From Spirochaetia bacterium (GTDB lineage Bacteria > Spirochaetota > Spirochaetia > SZUA-6 > Bin103), in assembly GCA_965198005.1 (NCBI GenBank), contig CBDAOI010000002.1, forward strand, positions 672,001 to 736,000: a stretch of 64,000 bases of DNA, given 5' to 3'. Numbering within the stretch: position 1 is the stretch's first letter; each line of letters starts with the position of its first letter. Positions 1 to 10,093 of this stretch are shown here, in pieces. The translations under genes were made by a program, and so were the position numbers. The notes under the pieces were generated by a model. That model saw only the letters and a program-made list of their open reading frames with translations, did not search any database and had not been told where the DNA came from.

Positions 1-1689
1 GAAATCGGACAGCTCGGCGTACATCACATTGTCGTAGTAGGGCGGATCCATCACCACCAGGTCGATAGTGCCGTCAGCGATATGGTCCAGGCTGTCGCCC
101 GGCTTGCAAGTAATGGTGAGCGGCGGCCTCGGGCGCGTGTCTGCAGTGGCCTCGGCAAACAGCCCACCGGCATCGTCATTGGCATCGGGGCCGACCAGCG
201 CGACCAGTTCGCCGATGCACTTGGCCGTCTGCTCCAGCGCCCAGTCGTAGCCCAGGCCCACGATGAGGGGCGCCATCTCGGCGTGTGACCAGCAGAACGC
301 AAAATCGTGACGGTTGAAGGTGTTGGCAACGACCTGTCGGGTCGGCATCCACACCGACATACGGGAGTTGTAGTTCAGCAGCTTGTCCAGGGATAGCGCC
401 ACGTATCCGTACGCCGCCCGCCGCACATCGGTGAGCTTGCCAGCCGCTCGATCGGCTTCCAACATCTCGCGAAACACCTCGACGCCGGTGCCGTGGCAGA
501 GGAGTTGGCGCGGCGAGAACAGGTCTCGCCACAACGGCATCCCGTATTGAATGGGCCGCTGGTCATTGCTGACTTCGGGGAACTTCTCACTCGGCACGAT
601 GTCGAAGGCTTCCCACTCCGGCAGTTTCTCGGCCAGCCGCGCCCGAATCTCGGCGCTGTTGTCGTCCTCGGGCCGCGGCGCCCGATAGCGACGCACCCAC
701 TTCTCCCGCGTCTTGCCTGTCTTGGTCGTGGTCAGCACCCGCTCCTTGTAGACCACCGCGAAGAGTTGCTCCCCCATGCGCCCGGCCTGTGCCTGCGCCT
801 TGATCTCGTCGCCGTCGATCACCCGCCCGCAATCCGCATACGGGCATGTCCCGTCTCCGCGCGCCACCGTGCCCGCCGACTGCTCCTGCGCCGAAGTGAC
901 TACCTCGAACGAACAGACCCGGCCCTCCGTCCCCGGCCCGGCGGCGAGATGCGGGGTGAGCCGCACCCCGGTCCCATCTGAAGCCAGCCGCCAGTTCGGC
1001 GACAGCGGCGCCAGCCCGTCACAATACGGGCAGCTAACCGTCCGCGCCCACAGGTAGGTCATGTCCAGACGACTTGGAAGCTCCCTCTGGGGGTAGAAGG
1101 TGCAAAGTCGGTCTTCAATACGCCGACGCAGTTCCAATGCCAAGACCGTGAATTCGTCCTCAAGATTTCGGAAGAAGCTTGATGGCCAATCAATGGTAGC
1201 CCTCAGAATGAGAGCGGCCACCGGATTAAGATCGCTCGCCACGCTGTGCAGACCGATGCGCGCCGCTTCGAACGGGATACTTCCCCCACCTGCGGTCGGA
1301 TCGAGAACCGAGACGTTCTCCAGATTCCGGCCAAGCAAGCTGTTCAACCAATCGGAATCATTGTTCGTAGTGCAATAACCAAAAGCACGGTCGTAGCTGT
1401 AAGGATTGTCGATGCGGACTTCGTCTCTTCGCGCTCTATCGATTGCTAAGCGCGCCGCTACCGGATCCCCATGGATGCCGAGCACATGCAGGAACTTCTG
1501 TCGGTCAGCGTTTGCGGGCAACAGCGATGCAAGGATCGCCGCCCGTGAGGCCACCAACGGCCGGCGCGCCCACCACACGTGCAGCCGGTTCGGGGCGGGA
1601 AACGGAGTCATCGGGGTTCTTTCGCGGGTGCTTTCGATGCCAATCTGCGCAATCGGCAGCCAGCGCTCGATCAGGCGGGTGTCATCCAT
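1..1689 (-). CDS. DUF1156-family adenine-specific DNA methyltransferase (3' end runs off the window)
   Basis: Not in the ORF track because it is open at the edge. Manual translation from ATG 1689 (AAGGAG RBS upstream) gives [12 protein letters not shown]...[18 protein letters not shown], motif [17 protein letters not shown] and motif [22 protein letters not shown] at 60..1. Confidence 0.9.
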   Translation of the reverse strand, partial: MDDTRLIERWLPIAQIGIESTRERTPMTPFPAPNRLHVWWARRPLVASRAAILASLLPANADRQKFLHVLGIHGDPVAARLAIDRARRDEVRIDNPYSYDRAFGYCTTNNDSDWLNSLLGRNLENVSVLDPTAGGGSIPFEAARIGLHSVASDLNPVAALILRATIDWPSSFFRNLEDEFTVLALELRRRIEDRLCTFYPQRELPSRLDMTYLWARTVSCPYCDGLAPLSPNWRLASDGTGVRLTPHLAAGPGTEGRVCSFEVVTSAQEQSAGTVARGDGTCPYADCGRVIDGDEIKAQAQAGRMGEQLFAVVYKERVLTTTKTGKTREKWVRRYRAPRPEDDNSAEIRARLAEKLPEWEAFDIVPSEKFPEVSNDQRPIQYGMPLWRDLFSPRQLLCHGTGVEVFREMLEADRAAGKLTDVRRAAYGYVALSLDKLLNYNSRMSVWMPTRQVVANTFNRHDFAFCWSHAEMAPLIVGLGYDWALEQTAKCIGELVALVGPDANDDAGGLFAEATADTRPRPPLTITCKPGDSLDHIADGTIDLVVMDPPYYDNVMYAELSDF

Positions 1690-1752
1690 GAGTTCGTTTT
1701 CTCCTTTCGTCATCGCTTCACGTTCACCACGGCCGGCCGCCGCATGAGCCTG

Positions 1753-2835
1753 CTATGGCGCTGATGGGGCCGCCTGCTCCCGAAGATGGCACGCCGTGCC
1801 GAACAGCTCGACCTGCCATTGCGTACGCGAGGCAATCGGGCGTCGCAGTCGAACAACATCCGGCGCTGGCGTCCGTCGTAGTCTGATCCCGGATTCGCGG
1901 ATCGTGCGCTCCACCGCGCTGTCCCTGCGAGTCGGACGGACCGGATCGTTCTTCGCAGTAATGTAGGCGTTGGGGGTCCTGGCCAGGATTCGCCGCGCGT
2001 CGCGGTCGGTCGGCAGTGTACGGTTACCCCTTCGCCACGGCGCGAGAATAGCGAAGGGATCGTCATCCAGCATGCGTTGCCATACCTCCGGCGCGTCGCC
2101 GCTCTCCGAGCCGTGGTGGGACACCTTGAACGCGGATGCTGTTCCGGTCGGACGCGCATCGTTCTGAAGTATCTTCACCCAACCACGCCGTTCGAGGTCG
2201 GAGCCGAGCAACACTACAGTGTCCCCGACCTCAACCCATAGCACGACGGCGACTTCATTGGGTGAGAGACTGCGAATCCTCGTCTCGGCCTGGCCCGCAT
2301 TCGGCAACAAGCCCCCTAAGGCTCGCATGAAATGCACGAATGCGTCGTCGGTCGGTGAGAGCGAGTAGATATGGCATGAACCATTGGCGAAGACCCGGCG
2401 GTTGGCGATAGCAAATGCTGGCGCTGAATCCTCTAATCGGAGTCTGGAGAACACGTCATAGATCTCCCGGACCCCGGAACCGAATGCGGCAAAGTGGCGG
2501 TGTTCCAGGGCATGGACCGCGGCAAGGAACTCCTCGGCACAGAGGACGCTGGCGCAGCAGAAGGTCGCCGTGCTACATGCTCTCGCCATGTGTGCGATAC
2601 CGCAAATGTGATCATCATGCCAATGCGATGCCACGATAAGTTTCACCGCCTTGGCAGGATCGATACCAAGAGTCTCCAGGTAATCCAAGGCAGCCGGGGC
2701 GTCAGCGCGGCCGCATGAGTCGACCAGCACCCAGGCGCCCTCGCCAATGTGCATGACTATGCTCTCGCCGTACCCCGGACCAAGAAGGGTCAGTTCAAAT
2801 TCGTCGTCCCGTGGGGGGGTGCCCCCGTCCCTCAC
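1753..2835 (-). CDS. MBL-fold (ComEC/Rec2-like) metallo-hydrolase
   Basis: GPGYGES, LVDS, SHWHDDH (HxHxDH), SDLE and KVSHHGS motifs. The GTG at 2835 overlaps the upstream TGA (GTGA). Confidence 0.85.
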   Translation of the reverse strand: MRDGGTPPRDDEFELTLLGPGYGESIVMHIGEGAWVLVDSCGRADAPAALDYLETLGIDPAKAVKLIVASHWHDDHICGIAHMARACSTATFCCASVLCAEEFLAAVHALEHRHFAAFGSGVREIYDVFSRLRLEDSAPAFAIANRRVFANGSCHIYSLSPTDDAFVHFMRALGGLLPNAGQAETRIRSLSPNEVAVVLWVEVGDTVVLLGSDLERRGWVKILQNDARPTGTASAFKVSHHGSESGDAPEVWQRMLDDDPFAILAPWRRGNRTLPTDRDARRILARTPNAYITAKNDPVRPTRRDSAVERTIRESGIRLRRTPAPDVVRLRRPIASRTQWQVELFGTACHLREQAAPSAP

Positions 2836-3449
2836 AGTTTGAATGCCCGTCTGGTCTCGCGTGCCCACTCCCTGCCTTGCTGCAGGTCGCGTTCGGTAAT
2901 CCGGGGAAGATCGCGAAACACGATCTGGGAAACACGTTTCTTGGTGCCGGAACGAGAGCGCTCGTAGCCGATGACCCAACGGAAGATACCACCTACCCGC
3001 AACGCGGCCGCATCGTCATCGGCGATCTCAGTCAAGGGAATAATCGCTTCTTCCCCTTCGTCCGACGAGCCCGCCGTCAGGTCAACCAATGCCGCAACGA
3101 ATTCGTCTTCATTGATCTCAAGAACATGCCCTTCCCACTCCTGCAGAGCGTGAAATGTGGCCGCACTAACAAGGGGCGAGAGTTTCGGAGGTGCATTCAC
3201 GACCGGAATCGCACTTACCCCGGATTGCCCGCGATGAGGAGAACCCGCAAGCACTTCCCTTCCTGTTCCCGCGGCGACGACACCACCGCCTTCGTCGGCG
3301 CCGTTCGCCGACGCTGGAGTCAATGCCATGCGTACCGCCTCATCCACGCGGATGAACGGCGCTTCAACGGCGTGCGTGCCGGAACTGTCGTCCCTTGCGA
3401 AACTATGGAAACCGTACGTCCCCGTAGCCTGGCTGGTTTCTCCTATCAA
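2832..3449 (-). CDS. hypothetical protein (C-terminal beta-rich domain, LQEWEGHV...GGIFRWVIGY)
   Basis: 205-aa ORF coupled to both neighbours; no recognisable catalytic motif. Confidence 0.65.
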   Translation of the reverse strand: MIGETSQATGTYGFHSFARDDSSGTHAVEAPFIRVDEAVRMALTPASANGADEGGGVVAAGTGREVLAGSPHRGQSGVSAIPVVNAPPKLSPLVSAATFHALQEWEGHVLEINEDEFVAALVDLTAGSSDEGEEAIIPLTEIADDDAAALRVGGIFRWVIGYERSRSGTKKRVSQIVFRDLPRITERDLQQGREWARETRRAFKL

Positions 3450-3451
3450 TC

Positions 3452-4147
3452 CTAACTCTCTTTCGCTAAAGACAATATGTGATGTACTATGCCGTCGCTG
3501 CGCCTGATGGAAGCCTCGAAACTGTCCTCCAGGAACCGCATCAATTGCTCGCCGCCGCCGTCTTCGGCATCCCGAACTGCAAACTGATCATTTACCTGGA
3601 CGTAGACACCGAACCGGCCGCCGCCGATCCGGCTGGACGGCGCGACAGTTATATTGATCTCGCTGCCCGGTGGCCTTCCCTTCGGCTTTAGCTGCGACAT
3701 CTTGAGCGTCATCATCCCACCAGAGTCACCGTCCAATTCGAGATCCTCAATATAACGCCCCCACGGCCCCACCGGCGCCAACGCTCTGCCGATCCGATCA
3801 AACTGAGCGAAGTTGGCCACTGGGACGTGAACGTCGCGATTGATGCCCATCAGCCGGAGCGGCGTGTGGTAGAGATGTTCCTTGAACACGCGCAAGACAA
3901 GGTCGCGCACGCGGATGTGCGGCGCCTGAACGGTCTCCGCTACGAATTCATTGGTCGTCGCCCGGAGAGAGAGCCAGTCAAAAGAAAACTGGGTCACCTG
4001 CGGATGGGCGACCTGCAAGGTTGCCGTGTCGGCGGCGCTGTTCGGCAGCAGTTCGTGCAGGACGAACCAAGCCGGTGTGAAGATCGCCGGATTAAAGCTG
4101 CCGCGGAGCACGACAGACACGCCATCTATCTCTGGCTGAATCCTCAC
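3452..4147 (-). CDS. hypothetical protein, TIGR04255-like
   Basis: VVLRGSFNPAIFTPAWF and HTPLRLMGIN motifs recall this sporadically distributed family. GTG at 4147 lies directly after the upstream stop with an AAGGGG RBS. Confidence 0.6.
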   Translation of the reverse strand: MRIQPEIDGVSVVLRGSFNPAIFTPAWFVLHELLPNSAADTATLQVAHPQVTQFSFDWLSLRATTNEFVAETVQAPHIRVRDLVLRVFKEHLYHTPLRLMGINRDVHVPVANFAQFDRIGRALAPVGPWGRYIEDLELDGDSGGMMTLKMSQLKPKGRPPGSEINITVAPSSRIGGGRFGVYVQVNDQFAVRDAEDGGGEQLMRFLEDSFEASIRRSDGIVHHILSLAKES

Positions 4148-4148
4148 G

Positions 4149-4697
4149 CTATGCCCCTTTTTTTGTGGGCTCGGCTGCGCTTGCCGCGCGGGGCCGCGCG
4201 CGGAGTGACGAACTACTAGCCGCGCCATCGGTCAGCAGGATGCGCAGCGCCATCAGCACGCGACGCGGATGCCTGCGGTGTATTGCCATTCCTGCCCAGT
4301 AGGCTGCTTCCTCGTGTCGCATGGTCTCGATGCCCTCGACTACGGCACGCATGTTGGCGCGGTTTCTCATCGGCGCAAGGGCGCGGAACAGGAGGCCCAG
4401 GAGCAGCGCGACCTCTTCGGGCAACGGGTATCCGCTGTTGTCGTCGCCGGCATTCGGACCGAGCCTTACCCCTGACTGTGCCAGCAGGCGCAGCACACGG
4501 TGCTCGATCAGGTCCAGATTGGGACCGCGTAGCCGCGCGATGCCCCGCGCGACGGTCAGGTGCGGCGTCGCCGACGACGGTATCTGCCAGATCGCGTATT
4601 CCGTGTCCACCGGCCCGTAACGACGTACCCGCAGCTCATACTGGGGGGCCGACTCCAGTGCTCTAGCCGATGCGATGGGCACCGCATCCGCCATCAC
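4149..4697 (-). CDS. small helical partner of the DUF499 ATPase (DUF3780-like position)
   Basis: Overlaps the DUF499 stop; LLFRALAPMR...EEAAYWAGMA...RRVLMALRILL; occupies the usual slot between DUF499 and DUF1156. Confidence 0.65.
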   Translation of the reverse strand: MMADAVPIASARALESAPQYELRVRRYGPVDTEYAIWQIPSSATPHLTVARGIARLRGPNLDLIEHRVLRLLAQSGVRLGPNAGDDNSGYPLPEEVALLLGLLFRALAPMRNRANMRAVVEGIETMRHEEAAYWAGMAIHRRHPRRVLMALRILLTDGAASSSSLRARPRAASAAEPTKKGA

Positions 4698-7600
4698 GCG
4701 AGTGGCTCCGCGGTGGCCGATACGTACGCTGCCCCGCTCGCGAACCGCGACAGGCGGTCGGTAAGCTTCTCCGCGGCATCACCCGTCATCGGCAGCCCGT
4801 GTTCGAACGTTAGCGCGAACCCGACTTCCAGGTCTTGCGTCTGAGCGGCACGAAGTTGCGGTTCCAGAAACTCCTTTACCGGCTGCGCATCCGCTGCTGG
4901 TCCGTTGAACTCCAACGAGAACGAACCCCCGTCGCGGGTTTCGTAGCCCCCGGTGAAGCGGACCACCTTGCTCGCCCCGGACACCCCGCCGATCGCGCCG
5001 AGCAGCCGGAACGCATCGCCTGCCTCAAACATGCGGATCGACAGCAGCCGTACCTTCTCCATACGCTCGGCGCGCGCCTTCTCCCAGAGTTGCACCAACG
5101 CGTCCCGGAGCACCCCCTCGGCAGTAACCGCCGCCGGAACCCGAGGCGGCGATTCTCCTTCCGTAGCCTGGCCAGACGGTCCGGGATCACGCAAGCGCGA
5201 ATCCTCGCGCCCGCCCTTCTTGGTTTCCCCCCCGTAGTCGTCAGGTCTCGCGTCGGGTTCGGGACGCGGCCAGATGCCCCGATTCCGGGCGTACTCCATG
5301 GTCAGCACGACTGCCTGCTCGTCGATCATGATGCTGACCACCGGGTCGCCGGGACCGCACAGCAGCTCACCGCGCCGGTAGATGTAGTCGCCCTGCTCGA
5401 CGCCGCTCCGGATGCCCCGGATGAAAATGTCGTCGCCGCTCATGATCGGCAGCGCGGGGTCGCGGCGGAACTCCTCGCGTAGCGCCAGGGTTGTCATCTG
5501 GCCGCGTCTGAGCGGCGTGCGGTCACGTACGTAGGTCGGCGAATCGGGCTCATCTTCGGCAAGCCTCAGCTTGCGGAGTTCACGCAGTGCCCTTACCACC
5601 TGCTGCTGGCCGGCGCCGGGCTGATCGGAGGTGGCGGGCAGATCGATTGCCGAGTGATCCAGGTCCGCGCCGCTTGCGCCGATTCGATTGCGTGAGGGAT
5701 AGAAGATGTGCCGGTAACACTGCTGTATGGCGATCGCCAGCGTATGCTCGGAGCCAGCCTCCAACTCGCGGATCTTCTCCTGCTGATGCTCGGCCAAGTC
5801 CGCCAATCGATCCGCCCGCTTCAACGCCAACAGGGCCAACCGCCGGACCGCGGCGCGCCGCATCTCCTCTTTGCGTACGTCGTCCGCCACCACGAACACC
5901 AAGTTGTTGCGCAGCGCCCGGAGCTGTGCACCGTCCGCTCCGCGCCGCGTATGGATGCGCTCGACCAGCTCGGGAAGGCTGTCGACGGATGTCCCGATCG
6001 CCACGCCGTCATAGGAAAGCACGATCAGCCGCGGCCGCCCGTCGCCGACCTCGTCGGGCACGTCGAACGGCCCGCCCGGAAACGAAATGGTCTCGAAGGT
6101 CTTGCCCGCGAATATCCGCCGGATACGGTTGTTGAGCTCGGCACGCGCGTCGCCGGCGTCGACATGCTGCTCTTCACGGCGAATGATCTGGCGCAGATTT
6201 GCCTCGGCCAGGAACCGCATCGGGGCGCGCGGGCGGTCGTCGAGATAGGCGGAATCAGTAACGAACCGCTTGCGCGCCTGGTCGATGAAACTGATGTCGG
6301 TTGCCGGCCCGAGCACCGAATAGCGCAGACGTTCGGCTGACACACCCTTCAACGGATCGTTGAAGGCAAGCGTGTGCATGAAGATCGTGCGCGCCACGTA
6401 GGCGGCATAAGGCGGCATTCCGCCGTGGTGGGCCGCGTCGATCTCCTGTGCGAGCGCCCTCGCGCCCGACCCGCCGCCGGCCACGTCGTTAGCGATCGCC
6501 GGCAGGTACGCCGTCTGGCCCAAGCGTGTAACGATCTCCTGCCTAATCGGTTCATGGCCGGGATTGACGTGGTGGAGATGGATGGCGGTCGCGTCCGCCG
6601 GCTGCGCCTGCCATAGGTGGGCGATGGTGCGCGCCAACAGACGCAACATCCCCCGCACACGCTGGAAGTTGCCCAACGTTGCCGTCTTGCCGGTGAGGGT
6701 TTCCAGTACCTCGGGATGCAGCGGATAGCTCGCGCGGAAGGTCTCGGCGGTGTGCGGGTGAACGGCGTCGCGAACCAGTGCGTCGCCGTGTGCTGTCCAC
6801 AGTTCCTGGTAGGCGGCTACCACCGCAGGTACCGCGGTGCTGTCGACCCGCTCGAAGAGGCGGCGGCGCAGAACCTGGATGGTCTCGTCCTCCTCGGTCG
6901 GGTTGAGGAGCGTAGCCTTGCGCGCGGACACGCTCTCCGCTTCCGCCATCCGGTCCCCGATGAACTGATTCTCCTCGCTGTACGCATCAGTGGCCCGGCC
7001 ATCCTTGCCGATCGCCAGCGTGTACACCAGCGCCGCCGTGGGCTCACTCTCCACCGCCTTGAACAGCGAGGTCAGAAACGCCGACAACTGGTCACGGGCG
7101 TGGTCAACGCGCTGCACCTTGCGCAGGTAGACCGACAACTCATCGAGCAGAATCAGGGCCGGCCGGCCACCGAAAAGCTCCCGTAGCGTTTCGGCGCCGG
7201 GGGCGATACCGTCCTCATCGCTGTTGCGAACCCGTTCGTAGCCGGCCTTGCCGGCAAGTGCATAGGCGATTTCGCCCCAGGGCGTGCGGGCCAGGACGCC
7301 GTCGCCCATCGCGCGGCCATTGGCGGGATCCGCGTTCTCCCCGTCGAACGCGGCCACCCGTACCGAACCCGCCGGCAGCAGACTGGGATCGACGAACTCG
7401 CCGATGGAGCCCACGTCCCGAGCACCGCGCACGGTGTGGACCAAGGCGATCAGAGCGTGGGTCTTTCCGCCCCCGTAGGAGGTGTCGAGCCGGAAGATCG
7501 CCGCTGCCTCGCCGCCAACGCCGCTCAGCCGCCGGCATACGTTGGCGAGCAGGTTCTTCAGCCCGCGCGTAGGCCATGTCCGGGCGAAGAAGCGGGCTGG

Positions 7601-7732
7601 TTCGGCGTACTCCTCGCTTGCGTGTCCGCGAATGACCTGCGCCAAGTCCGCCGCGAAGTCCGCGTCCGCGACACTCCCGGAGAGGATGTCGGCCCGAGGG
7701 CGGCAGGTTTCGAATATCGTTGGGATTGTCAT
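4694..7732 (-). CDS. DUF499-family AAA+ ATPase (BrxC-like)
   Basis: 1012 aa; Walker A LDTSYGGGKTH, Walker B LILLDEL, RTPWGEIAYAL, SYPLHPE, FQRVRGMLRLL. Confidence 0.9.
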   Translation of the reverse strand: MTIPTIFETCRPRADILSGSVADADFAADLAQVIRGHASEEYAEPARFFARTWPTRGLKNLLANVCRRLSGVGGEAAAIFRLDTSYGGGKTHALIALVHTVRGARDVGSIGEFVDPSLLPAGSVRVAAFDGENADPANGRAMGDGVLARTPWGEIAYALAGKAGYERVRNSDEDGIAPGAETLRELFGGRPALILLDELSVYLRKVQRVDHARDQLSAFLTSLFKAVESEPTAALVYTLAIGKDGRATDAYSEENQFIGDRMAEAESVSARKATLLNPTEEDETIQVLRRRLFERVDSTAVPAVVAAYQELWTAHGDALVRDAVHPHTAETFRASYPLHPEVLETLTGKTATLGNFQRVRGMLRLLARTIAHLWQAQPADATAIHLHHVNPGHEPIRQEIVTRLGQTAYLPAIANDVAGGGSGARALAQEIDAAHHGGMPPYAAYVARTIFMHTLAFNDPLKGVSAERLRYSVLGPATDISFIDQARKRFVTDSAYLDDRPRAPMRFLAEANLRQIIRREEQHVDAGDARAELNNRIRRIFAGKTFETISFPGGPFDVPDEVGDGRPRLIVLSYDGVAIGTSVDSLPELVERIHTRRGADGAQLRALRNNLVFVVADDVRKEEMRRAAVRRLALLALKRADRLADLAEHQQEKIRELEAGSEHTLAIAIQQCYRHIFYPSRNRIGASGADLDHSAIDLPATSDQPGAGQQQVVRALRELRKLRLAEDEPDSPTYVRDRTPLRRGQMTTLALREEFRRDPALPIMSGDDIFIRGIRSGVEQGDYIYRRGELLCGPGDPVVSIMIDEQAVVLTMEYARNRGIWPRPEPDARPDDYGGETKKGGREDSRLRDPGPSGQATEGESPPRVPAAVTAEGVLRDALVQLWEKARAERMEKVRLLSIRMFEAGDAFRLLGAIGGVSGASKVVRFTGGYETRDGGSFSLEFNGPAADAQPVKEFLEPQLRAAQTQDLEVGFALTFEHGLPMTGDAAEKLTDRLSRFASGAAYVSATAEPLA

Positions 7733-7759
7733 ATATGCCTGTCGTCGGGTACCTGGGAG

Positions 7760-8455
7760 TGAGGTGGTCCCGGTTGGTTGGACAGCCCGGGGGGTAGGTT
7801 AAGGTGTATTCCGTTGGTTTTCAACCCACCCCTCCTTCTCAAGAACAGGTGGCGGTAACAGGGGGTGGGGGTCCGGGGGAGGGGGGGCTTGATCCTGTGG
7901 ACATTGTGGATAACTCCCCGCACCGGATCGCACACCCGCTCGCCCTCTGACCTCGGAACCCGCAATTGCCACCTGCTCCCCATGTCCGTTACGCCACCTC
8001 CCGTCCCGGCGCCGCGACGCCCCGGTAGGCCTCGGACGGCGTCCGGCCACCGAGTGCCGAGTGCGGTCGCACGTCGTTGTAGAACTCGATCCACTCGTCG
8101 ATCACCCGCTGCGCCACGAAGCCGTCCGCCAACTCGTGCAGGTACACCGCTTCGTACTTCAGGGACCGCCACAGCCGCTCGATGAACACATTGTCCAGGC
8201 AACGCCCGCGACCGTCCATCGAACAGCGCACGCCCGCCGCCTCCAGCAGCTCCGTGAACGCGATGCTGGTGAACTGGCTCCCCTGATCGGTGTTGAAGAT
8301 CTCCGGGTTGCCGTACATCTCCAGCGCTTCCTCCAGTGCTTCGACGCAGAACCGGGTGTCCAACGTGTTGGACAGCCGCCACGCCAGCACCCGCCGGCTG
8401 GCCCAGTCCATGATCGCCACCAAGTACAGGAACCCGCCCTGCACCGGGATGTACC
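7760..8455 (-). mobile_element. IS3-family remnant (integrase-core C-terminus plus right end)
   Basis: YIPVQGGFLYLVAIMDWASRRVLAW...NTDQGSQFTS...DNVFIERLWRSLKYE...RPHSALG. Terminus reads ...CTGTCCAACCAACCGGGACCACCTCA at 7760; the 5' half is missing. Confidence 0.85.
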
Positions 8456-8559
8456 TCCCGAATGTGTGGATTCCGGCGCCCGCGGCCAAAGGACCGAGGC
8501 GCCGTCAGGGACGGGGGCCGTCGACGGCTCGCAGCAGCTCACCGCCGAACGCGGGGACG

Positions 8560-8720
8560 GCGAGCCGCACGCCGCGTTCCTGGTACTACTGCCCCGCAAG
8601 CTGGGCACAGACCTTATCTATCTCAAGAGCGAGGACCACTACGTCGAAGTCCATACCAGCGTCGGCTCCACCCTCATCAAGATGCGCTTCGCGGACGCGG
8701 TCGCGGAGCTCGGCGAATAG
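8560..8720 (+). pseudogene. LytTR DNA-binding domain fragment
   Basis: DLIYLKSEDHYVEVHTSVGSTLIKMRFADAVAEL parallels DVVYVHVSGHYLEVVTTSGSVVVLMRLADAVAAL of the LytTR gene at 33847-34941; truncated. Confidence 0.7.
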
Positions 8721-8819
8721 AGGTGCCTGACACCACGGTCTGACGAGCGCATTCCGCACCGCGGGGGTGGGTGTCGGCGCAGGCTGTGTAGAGCATGGAG
8801 GCCGACACGACGTGCTCAT

Positions 8820-8980
8820 CAGTCGTACACATCGCCACATCGCTACGGTGGCCGACCGTCCACCACGATGATGAGTTCGTAGTCGCGAATCTCGTAGACG
8901 ATCCGGTAGACGCCCAGCCGCATCCGATAGAGATAGCGGCTGGTCACCTTCGTGCTCCCGGGCGGCCGCGGATTCTCTGC
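8820..8980 (-). pseudogene. RelE/StbE-type toxin remnant
   Basis: Manual translation AENPRPPGSTKVTSRYLYRMRLGVYRIVYEIRDYELIIVV, then a frameshift to TVGHRSDV; no start codon. Confidence 0.7.
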
Positions 8981-9295
8981 GGCTGGCGATGCTGCCGGGG
9001 CTGGCGCTCACCATCGTGGTCTACATCAGGATCTGCTGCCGTGGCTCGGAGCCGGGCTGCATCCGAACACGGGATTCGAGCCGCGCGTCATCAACCGTCC
9101 GGACGGCCGCGTCGGGCCTGGGGCAAAGCTGCGTGCGAACTGGCAAAGAAGGACTATCTCTCGTATGCTCGTAGTCAGGAGACGCGTGGTTACGCGCCGA
9201 GGCCACCCGTCCAGCCGCCGCCGCAGCCATCAGGGCAAACAACAACTTGGGGTGCACGCGGTCGTTGTACAGGGGCAAGGGTCGAATACGGGTGA

Positions 9296-9853
9296 ATGCA
9301 GTCGATGCTACTGCTCTCGGGTGATGGGAGGTGTGAAGTGACTTCAGACGGGACCAAGGACTTGATCTGGCAAGAGCTCTTCAGAGTATCGACCCTGGTT
9401 AGATACTACGCACGTGTGGGCTCTTTTCAGTCAAAGTGCCAGACTCTCGCGCAGTTAGTGCTCTTTATTTCGTCCGCGGGAGCATTTGCATCAGTCGTGG
9501 AACTGCTCCCCGACATGGTCGGCGTAGTCTGCAGCGTAGCCATCGCTACGGTTGCAGTTGCATCAATTACCTGGAACAATCCTAACAGGGTGGCAACGAT
9601 ATTGTCGGCTAGTAGCGGATGCCGAAAAGCAGAATCAAGGGCGACGTTGCTGTGGCAAGAGGCAGAACGTATTGACGATCCTACAGCTCTCAGGGAATGG
9701 CAAAGTTTGGAAGATGAGATAGAGGCCGCTACAGGTCCTGTTGAAAAAGCAGGCATCGGATATAGTAAGCGGCTGAACGAGCGATGTGCCGAAGAAGCGA
9801 AGCAAGTAATGGGATGGCAGCCCGCTTCAGGAACTGTCCCTGTTCTACAATAG
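9296..9853 (+). CDS. two-TM membrane protein, SLATT-like
   Basis: IW..L......RYY N-terminus, two hydrophobic helices (LVLFISSAGAFASVV; VGVVCSVAIATVAVASI), helical C-terminal region. AT-richer than the flanks; the start may be the GTG near 9338. Confidence 0.5.
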   Translation: MQSMLLLSGDGRCEVTSDGTKDLIWQELFRVSTLVRYYARVGSFQSKCQTLAQLVLFISSAGAFASVVELLPDMVGVVCSVAIATVAVASITWNNPNRVATILSASSGCRKAESRATLLWQEAERIDDPTALREWQSLEDEIEAATGPVEKAGIGYSKRLNERCAEEAKQVMGWQPASGTVPVLQ

Positions 9854-10093
9854 CCGACGCGACGCGTCGGATTCGCTCCATGGATTCCTTCCAGTGCAGC
9901 ACGGGCAACATCTCCCAGGCTTCCGCCGAGACTCCTGCTGATCGACTCGATGAGTTCCGCAGCCCGCTCTCCTCGATTCCCACATCTCTGATCGTGCAGT
10001 AGTCCGCTTCGGCCTGCTTGCCCGTCGCTTGTCTGCAAATCCTGTTAATGTCAATGTTGATTCGGGCCCCCGGGCAGCAGTAGTCAGGAACGA

